UHGV virus genome: UHGV-0378502
Strand: one strand, 5' to 3'
DNA from: a virus
Length of the DNA: 22,376 nt
In this document: piece after piece, positions 13,594-22,376 of the stretch
How positions within the stretch are numbered: position 1 is the stretch's first letter
How the letters are laid out: each line of letters opens with the position of its first letter
Translations under genes and position numbers: made by a program
Notes under the pieces: generated by a model
The model's database searches: none
Told to the model about the DNA's origin: nothing
The model's input: the letters and a program-made list of their open reading frames with translations, nothing else

Positions 13594-13641
13594 ACGGGGC
13601 GGAAGGCGCGCGGGTTTTCGCTATTTATGAAAATTTTCCGG
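13594..13641. other. cos site (cosN region) of the lambda type
   Basis: cgcgggttttcgctatttatgaaaattttccgg (13609-13641) is identical to the sequence I recall at lambda positions 13-45, and the upstream flank (gcgggtcctt-ccggtg) resembles the lambda right end; by alignment the 12-nt overhang would be 13597-13608 (GGGCGGAAGGCG). Lies about 190 bp upstream of nu1, as in lambda. Confidence 0.7.
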
Positions 13642-13647
13642 GGAAAA

Positions 13648-13762
13648 TCATGTCGGTACTTCTCGAACATAACTATTTGTTTTTTCTAATATCGAATCCG
13701 TAAAAGGTCCGACATGAAAACGCCTAAAAAAGTCATTTTCGGGCACTTTCATGTCGGACCCT
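13648..13762. promoter_or_regulatory. cosB-like terminase small-subunit binding repeats (three CATGTCGGNCC elements, middle one inverted)
   Basis: catgtcggtac (about 13650-13660, forward), ggtccgacatg (13705-13715, reverse) and catgtcggacc (13752-13762, forward), separated by AT-rich DNA; the last two form a 14-bp perfect inverted repeat (GGTCCGACATGAAA / TTTCATGTCGGACC). Orientation pattern mirrors lambda R3, R2 (inverted) and R1, but the sequence differs from the lambda R consensus. Confidence 0.5.
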
Positions 13763-13784
13763 GTGTTTGTTGTGAGACTGTTTC

Positions 13785-14304
13785 ATGAAGGTTAATAAAA
13801 AGAAACTTGCCGAAATTTTCAACGTGGATCCGCGAACGATTGAACGCTGGCAGTCTCAGGGACTCCCTTGCGTCTCCGGAGGTGGTAAGGGCGTTGAATC
13901 TGTATTTGATACCTCCATGGCAATTCAGTGGTATGCGCAGAGGGAGGCTGATATCGAAAATGAAAAACTCCGTAAAGAGGTTGAGGATTACAGGGCTGCC
14001 AGTGAGGCAGATCTCCAGCCTGGGACTATTGAGTACGAACGCCATCGACTTACGCGTGCGCAGGCCGACGCACAGGAGCTGAAGAATGCCAGAGACTCCG
14101 CAGAAGTGGTGGAAACCGCATTCTGTACTTTCGTGCTGTCACGGATCGCAGGTGAAATTGCCAGTATTCTTGACGGGATCCCTCTCTCGGTACAGCGGCG
14201 TTTTCCGGAACTGGAAAACCGACATGTTGATTTCCTGAAACGGGATATCATCAAAGCCATGAACAAAGCAGCCGCGCTGGATGAACTGATACCGGGGTTG
14301 CTGA

Positions 14305-14330
<26 letters not shown>
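13785..14330 (+). CDS. nu1: Terminase small subunit Nu1
   Basis: 181 aa; from about residue 70 onward essentially identical to my recollection of lambda gpNu1 (... [60 protein letters not shown] ...), while the N-terminal DNA-binding region is homologous but clearly divergent. Confidence 0.95.
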
Positions 14331-18011
<3,681 letters not shown>

Positions 18012-18031
<20 letters not shown>

Positions 18032-19331
18032 TCTCCCGCATATTGCCAGCATGGCTTTTAATGAGCCGCTGATGCTTGAACCCGCCTATGCGCGGGTTTT
18101 CTTTTGTGCGCTTGCAGGCCAGCTTGGGATCAGTCGCCTGACGGATGCAGTATCCGGCGACAGCCTGACTGCCGGAGAGGCACCCGCGGCGCTGGCGTTA
18201 TCCGGTGATGATGACGGACCACGACAGGCCCGCAGTTATCAGGTCATGAACGGCATCGCCGTGCTGCCGGTGTCCGGTACGCTGGTCAGCCGGACGCGGG
18301 CGCTGCAGCCGTATTCGGGAATGACCGGTTACAACGGCATTATCGCCCGTCTGCAACAGGCTGCCAGCGATCCGATGGTGGACGGCATTCTGCTCGATAT
18401 GGACACACCGGGCGGGATGGTGGCGGGAGCATTTGACTGTGCTGACATCATCGCCCGTGTGCGTGACATAAAGCCGGTATGGGCGCTGGCCAACGACATG
18501 AACTGCAGTGCAGGTCAGCTGCTTGCCAGCGCCGCCTCCCGGCGTCTGGTCACGCAGACCGCCCGGACAGGCTCCATCGGCGTCATGATGGCTCACAGTA
18601 ATTACGGCGCTGCGCTGGAGAAACAGGGCGTGGAAATCACGCTGATTTACAGCGGCAGCCATAAGGTGGATGGCAACCCCTACAGCCATCTACCGGGTGA
18701 TGTCCGGGAAACACTGCAGTCCCGGATGGATGCAACCCGCCGGATGTTTGCGCAGAAGGTGTCGGCATATACCGGCCTGTCCGTGCAGGCTGTGCTGGAT
18801 ACCGAGGCTGCAGTGTACAGCGGTCAGGAGGCCATTGATGCCGGACTGGCTGATGAACTTGTTAACAGTACCGATGCGATCACCGTCATGCGTGATGCAC
18901 TGGATGCACGTAAATCCCGTCTCTCAGGAGGGCGAATGACCAAAGAGACTCAATCAACAACTGTTTCAGCCACTGCTTCGCAGGCTGACGTTACTGGCGT
19001 GGTGCAAGCGACGGAGGGCGAGAACGCCAGCGCGGCGCAGCCGGACGTGAACGCGCAGATCACCGCAGCGGTTGCGGCAGAAAACAGCCGCATTATGGGG
19101 ATCCTCAACTGTGAGGAGGCTCACGGACGCGAAGAACAGGCCCGCGTGCTGGCAGAAACCCCCGGTATGACCGTGGAAACGGCCCGCCGTATTCTGGCCG
19201 CAGCACCACAGAGTGCACAGGCGCGCAGTGACACTGCGCTGGATCGTCTGATGCAGGGGGCACCGGCACCGCTGGCTGCAGGTAACCCGGCATCTGATGC
19301 CGTTAACGATTTGCTGAACACACCAGTGTAA
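18012..19331 (+). CDS. C: Head maturation protease / scaffold C (S49 family)
   Basis: 439 aa from GTG 18012 (GGAGGAG RBS at 18001-18007), beginning (M)TAELRNLPHIASMAFNEPLML as I recall for lambda gpC; the track ORF start at 17877 is an upstream in-frame extension overlapping B. Confidence 0.9.
18936..19331 (+). CDS. nu3: Scaffolding protein Nu3 (in-frame internal start within C)
   Basis: Internal ATG 18936 preceded by GGAGGG, giving the 131-aa product MTKETQSTTVSATASQADV ... corresponding to lambda gpNu3, which is co-terminal with C. Confidence 0.75.
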   Translation: MTKETQSTTVSATASQADVTGVVQATEGENASAAQPDVNAQITAAVAAENSRIMGILNCEEAHGREEQARVLAETPGMTVETARRILAAAPQSAQARSDTALDRLMQGAPAPLAAGNPASDAVNDLLNTPV

Positions 19332-19340
19332 GGGATGTTT

Positions 19341-19673
19341 ATGACGAGCAAAGAAACCTTTACCCATTACCAGCCGCTGGGCAACAGTGACCCGGCTCAT
19401 ACCGCAACCGCGCCCGGCGGATTGAGTGCGAAAGCGCCTGCAATGACCCCGCTGATGCTGGACACCTCCACCCGTAAGCTGGTTGCGTGGGATGGCACCA
19501 CCGACGGTGCTGCCGTTGGCATTCTTGCGGTTGCTGCTGACCAGACCAGCACCACACTGACGTTCTACAAGTCCGGCACGTTCCGTTATGAGGATGTGCT
19601 CTGGCCGGAGGCTGCCAGCGACGAGACGAAAAAACGGACCGCGTTTGCCGGAACGGCAATCAGCATCGTTTAA
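19341..19673 (+). CDS. D: Head decoration protein D
   Basis: 110 aa, [43 protein letters not shown] ..., matching lambda gpD as I recall it; ATG 19341 (the track ORF starts two codons upstream). Confidence 0.95.
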   Translation: MTSKETFTHYQPLGNSDPAHTATAPGGLSAKAPAMTPLMLDTSTRKLVAWDGTTDGAAVGILAVAADQTSTTLTFYKSGTFRYEDVLWPEAASDETKKRTAFAGTAISIV

Positions 19674-19694
19674 CCTTACCCTTCATCACTAAAG

Positions 19695-19717
19695 GCCGCC
19701 TGTGCGGCTTTTTTTAC
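19695..19717 (+). terminator. Stem-loop plus T-run between D and E (terminator-like or mRNA-stabilising hairpin)
   Basis: GCCGC ctgt GCGGC followed by TTTTTTT; the same element is present in lambda between D and E as I recall the sequence. Confidence 0.4.
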
Positions 19718-19728
19718 GGGATTTTTTT

Positions 19729-20754
19729 ATGTCGATGTACACAACCGCCCAGCTGCTGGCGGCAAATGAGAAGAAATTTAAGTTTGATCCGCTGTTTCTG
19801 CGTCTCTTTTTCCGTGAGAGCTATCCCTTCACCACGGAGAAAGTCTATCTCTCACAAATTCCGGGACTGGTAAACATGGCGCTGTACGTTTCGCCGATTG
19901 TTTCCGGTGAGGTTATCCGTTCCCGTGGCGGCTCCACCTCTGAATTTACGCCGGGATATGTCAAACCCAAGCATGAGGTGAATCCGCAGATGACCCTGCG
20001 TCGCCTGCCGGATGAAGATCCGCAGAATCTGGCGGACCCGGCTTACCGCCGCCGTCGCATCATCATGCAGAACATGCGAGACGAAGAGCTGGCCATTGCT
20101 CAGGTCGAAGAGATGCAGGCAGTTTCTGCTGTGCTTAAGGGCAAATACACCATGACCGGTGAAGCCTTCGATCCGGTTGAGGTGGATATGGGCCGCAGTG
20201 CGGCGAACAACATCACACAGTCCGGTGGTACGGAGTGGAGCAAGCGTGACAAGTCCACGTATGACCCGACCGACGATATCGAAGCCTATGCGCTGAACGC
20301 CAGCGGAGTGGTGAATATCATCGTGTTTGATCCGAAAGGCTGGGCGCTGTTCCGTTCCTTCAAAGCCGTCAAGGAGAAGCTGGATACCCGTCGCGGCTCT
20401 AATTCCGAGCTGGAGACAGCGGTAAAAGACCTGGGCGAAGCGGTGTCCTATAAGGGGATGTATGGCGATACGGCGATCGTCGTGTATTCCGGACAGTACG
20501 TGGAAAACGACGTCAAAAAGAACTTCCTGCCGGACAACACGATGGTGCTGGGGAACACTCAGGCACGCGGTCTGCGCACCTATGGCTGCATTCAGGATGC
20601 GGACGCACAGCGCGAAGGTATTAACGCCTCTGCCCGCTACCCGAAAAACTGGGTGACCACCGGCGATCCGGCGCGTGAGTTCACCATGATTCAGTCAGCA
20701 CCGCTGATGCTGCTGGCTGACCCTGATGCGTTCGTGTCCGTACAACTGGCGTAA
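19729..20754 (+). CDS. E: Major capsid protein E
   Basis: 341 aa from ATG 19729, MSMYTTAQLLAANEKKFKFDPLFLRLFFRESYPFTTEKVYLSQIPGLVNMALYVSPIVSGEVIRSRGG ..., near-identical to my recollection of lambda gpE. Confidence 0.95.
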   Translation: MSMYTTAQLLAANEKKFKFDPLFLRLFFRESYPFTTEKVYLSQIPGLVNMALYVSPIVSGEVIRSRGGSTSEFTPGYVKPKHEVNPQMTLRRLPDEDPQNLADPAYRRRRIIMQNMRDEELAIAQVEEMQAVSAVLKGKYTMTGEAFDPVEVDMGRSAANNITQSGGTEWSKRDKSTYDPTDDIEAYALNASGVVNIIVFDPKGWALFRSFKAVKEKLDTRRGSNSELETAVKDLGEAVSYKGMYGDTAIVVYSGQYVENDVKKNFLPDNTMVLGNTQARGLRTYGCIQDADAQREGINASARYPKNWVTTGDPAREFTMIQSAPLMLLADPDAFVSVQLA

Positions 20755-20795
20755 TCATGGCCCTTCGGGGCCATTTTCTCTCTGTGGAGGAGTCC

Positions 20796-21191
20796 ATGAC
20801 GAAAGATGAACTGATTGCCCGTCTTCAGGTGCTGGGTGAGCAACTGAACCGTGATGTCAGCCTGACGGGGACGAAAGAAGAACTGGTGCTCCGTGTGGCA
20901 GAGCTGGAAGAGGAGCTTGATGACACGGATGACGCTGCCGGTCAGGACACATCTGTCAGCCCGGAAAATGCGCTGACCGGACATGAAAATGAGGTTGTAT
21001 CAGCGCAGCCGGATACCGTGACTGATACGGCTGATCTGGTCACGGTTGTGGCACTGGTGACGCTGCATACTGATGCACTTCACGCCACGCGGGATGAGGC
21101 TGTGGCATTTGTGCTGCCGGGAACGGCGTTCCGTGTCTCTGCCGGTGTGTCAGCTGAAATGACAGAGCGCGGCCTGGCCAGAATGCAATAA
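20796..21191 (+). CDS. FI: Head assembly/packaging accessory protein FI
   Basis: 131 aa from ATG 20796 (GGAGGAG RBS), MTKDELIARLQVLGEQLNRDVSLTGTKEEL ..., matching lambda gpFI with a few substitutions. Confidence 0.9.
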   Translation: MTKDELIARLQVLGEQLNRDVSLTGTKEELVLRVAELEEELDDTDDAAGQDTSVSPENALTGHENEVVSAQPDTVTDTADLVTVVALVTLHTDALHATRDEAVAFVLPGTAFRVSAGVSAEMTERGLARMQ

Positions 21192-21202
21192 CGGGAGGCG
21201 CT

Positions 21203-21556
21203 GTGGCTGATTTCGATAACCTGTTCGATGCTGCCATTGCCCGCGCCGATGAAACGATACGCGGGTACATGGGAACGTCAGCCACCATGACATCCGGTGA
21301 GCAGTCCGGTGCTGTGATACGTGGTGTTTTTGATGACCCTGAAAATATCAGCTATGCCGGACAGAGCGTGCGCGTTGAAGGCTCCAGCCCGTCCCTGTTT
21401 GTCCGGACTGATGATGTGCGGCAGCTGCGGCGCGGCGACACGCTGACCATCGGTGAGGAAAACTTCTGGATAGACCGGATTTCGCCGGATGATGGCGGAA
21501 GCTGTCATCTCTGGCTTGGGCGGGGCGTACCGCCTGCCGTTAACCGTCGCCGCTGA
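21203..21556 (+). CDS. FII: Head-tail connector protein FII
   Basis: 117 aa, MADFDNLFDAAIARADETIRGYMGTSATMTSGEQSGAVIRGVFDDPENISYAGQSVRVEG ..., matching lambda gpFII; GTG start at 21203 with GGGAGG upstream. Confidence 0.9.
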   Translation: MADFDNLFDAAIARADETIRGYMGTSATMTSGEQSGAVIRGVFDDPENISYAGQSVRVEGSSPSLFVRTDDVRQLRRGDTLTIGEENFWIDRISPDDGGSCHLWLGRGVPPAVNRRR

Positions 21557-21567
21557 AAGGGGGATGT

Positions 21568-22146
21568 ATGGCCATAAAAGGTCTTGAGCAGGCCGTTGAA
21601 AACCTCAGCCGTATCAGCAGAACGGCGGTGCCCGGTGCCGCCGCAATGGCCATTAACCGCGTTGCTTCATCCGCGATATCGCAGTCGGCGTCACAGGTTG
21701 CCCGTGAGACAAAGGTACGCCGGAAACTGGTAAAGGAAAGGGCCAGGCTGAAAAGGGCCACGGTTAAAAATCCGCAGGCCAGAATCAAGGTTAACCGGGG
21801 GGATTTGCCCGTAATCAAGCTGGGTAACGCGCGGGTTGTCCTGTCCCGACGCAGGCGTCGTAAAAAGGGGCAGCGTTCATCCCTGAAAGGTGGCGGCAGC
21901 GTGCTTGTGGTGGGAAACCGTCGTATTCCCGGCGCGTTTATTCAGCAACTGAAAAATGGCCGGTGGCATGTCATGCAGCGTGTGGCCGGGAAAAACCGTT
22001 ACCCCATTGATGTGGTGAAAATCCCGATGGCGGTGCCGCTGACCACGGCGTTTAAACAGAATATTGAGCGGATACGGCGTGAACGTCTTCCGAAAGAGCT
22101 GGGCTATGCGCTGCAGCATCAACTGAGAATGGTAATAAAGCGATGA
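21568..22146 (+). CDS. Z: Tail completion protein Z
   Basis: 192 aa, MAIKGLEQAVENLSRISRTAVPGAAAMAINRVASSAISQSASQVARETKVRRKLVKERARLKRATVKNPQARIKVNRGDLPVIKLG ..., matching lambda gpZ. Confidence 0.9.
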   Translation: MAIKGLEQAVENLSRISRTAVPGAAAMAINRVASSAISQSASQVARETKVRRKLVKERARLKRATVKNPQARIKVNRGDLPVIKLGNARVVLSRRRRRKKGQRSSLKGGGSVLVVGNRRIPGAFIQQLKNGRWHVMQRVAGKNRYPIDVVKIPMAVPLTTAFKQNIERIRRERLPKELGYALQHQLRMVIKR

Positions 22147-22376
22147 AACATACTGAACTCCGTGCAGCCGTACTGGATGTACTGGAGAAGCATGACACCG
22201 GGGCGACGTTTTTTGATGGTCGCCCCGCTGTTTTTGATGAGGCGGATTTTCCGGCAGTTGCCGTTTATCTCACCGGCGCTGAATACACGGGCGAAGAGCT
22301 GGACAGCGATACCTGGCAGGCGGAGCTGCATATTGAAGTTTTCCTGCCTGCTCAGGTGCCGGATTCAGAGCTGGAT
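22143..22376 (+). CDS. U: Tail tube terminator protein U (5' part; continues past the window end)
   Basis: ATG 22143 overlapping the Z stop; MKHTELRAAVLDVLEKHDTGATFFDGRPAVFDEADFPAVAVYLTGAEYTGEELDSDTWQAELHIEVFLPAQVPDSELD resembles lambda gpU; truncated by the window. Confidence 0.9.
   Translation, partial: MKHTELRAAVLDVLEKHDTGATFFDGRPAVFDEADFPAVAVYLTGAEYTGEELDSDTWQAELHIEVFLPAQVPDSELD

Overview
This window is the central part of a lambdoid (lambda-like) enterobacterial prophage, read from the immunity region to the start of the tail genes. In order: (1) an AT-rich accessory block at the left edge with a two-gene cassette immediately downstream of the repressor, in the slot lambda uses for rexAB; (2) an immunity switch made of a LexA/S24-type cI repressor (minus strand) and a divergent YdaS-like Cro plus YdaT/CII-like gene; (3) a replication initiator gene carrying two internal GTCACG iteron arrays, a probable origin; (4) a nin-like region of small, translationally coupled ORFs, one interrupted ORF, a small membrane protein, a Hok-family type I toxin locus, a DUF968-like zinc-finger protein and RusA; (5) a Q-like antiterminator followed by a candidate late promoter and intrinsic terminator; (6) late-operon cargo: an orphan beta-class DPPY DNA methyltransferase, three tRNA genes (Ile/Met-CAU, a degenerate Arg-UCG-like, Arg-UCU), and a start-less TerB-like remnant with a small membrane peptide; (7) a non-lambda lysis cassette (holin, second membrane protein, M15 peptidase endolysin) and a tiny membrane peptide plus mini-lipoprotein pair; (8) a cos site with lambda-like cosN flanks but divergent cosB repeats; (9) lambda-type packaging and head genes Nu1, A, W, B, C/Nu3, D, E, FI, FII, Z and the 5' part of U, which match my recollection of lambda closely from the middle of nu1 onward. 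No integrase, CRISPR array or IS element is visible. All homology statements are from reading the translations and from memory of the named families; no database search was run.
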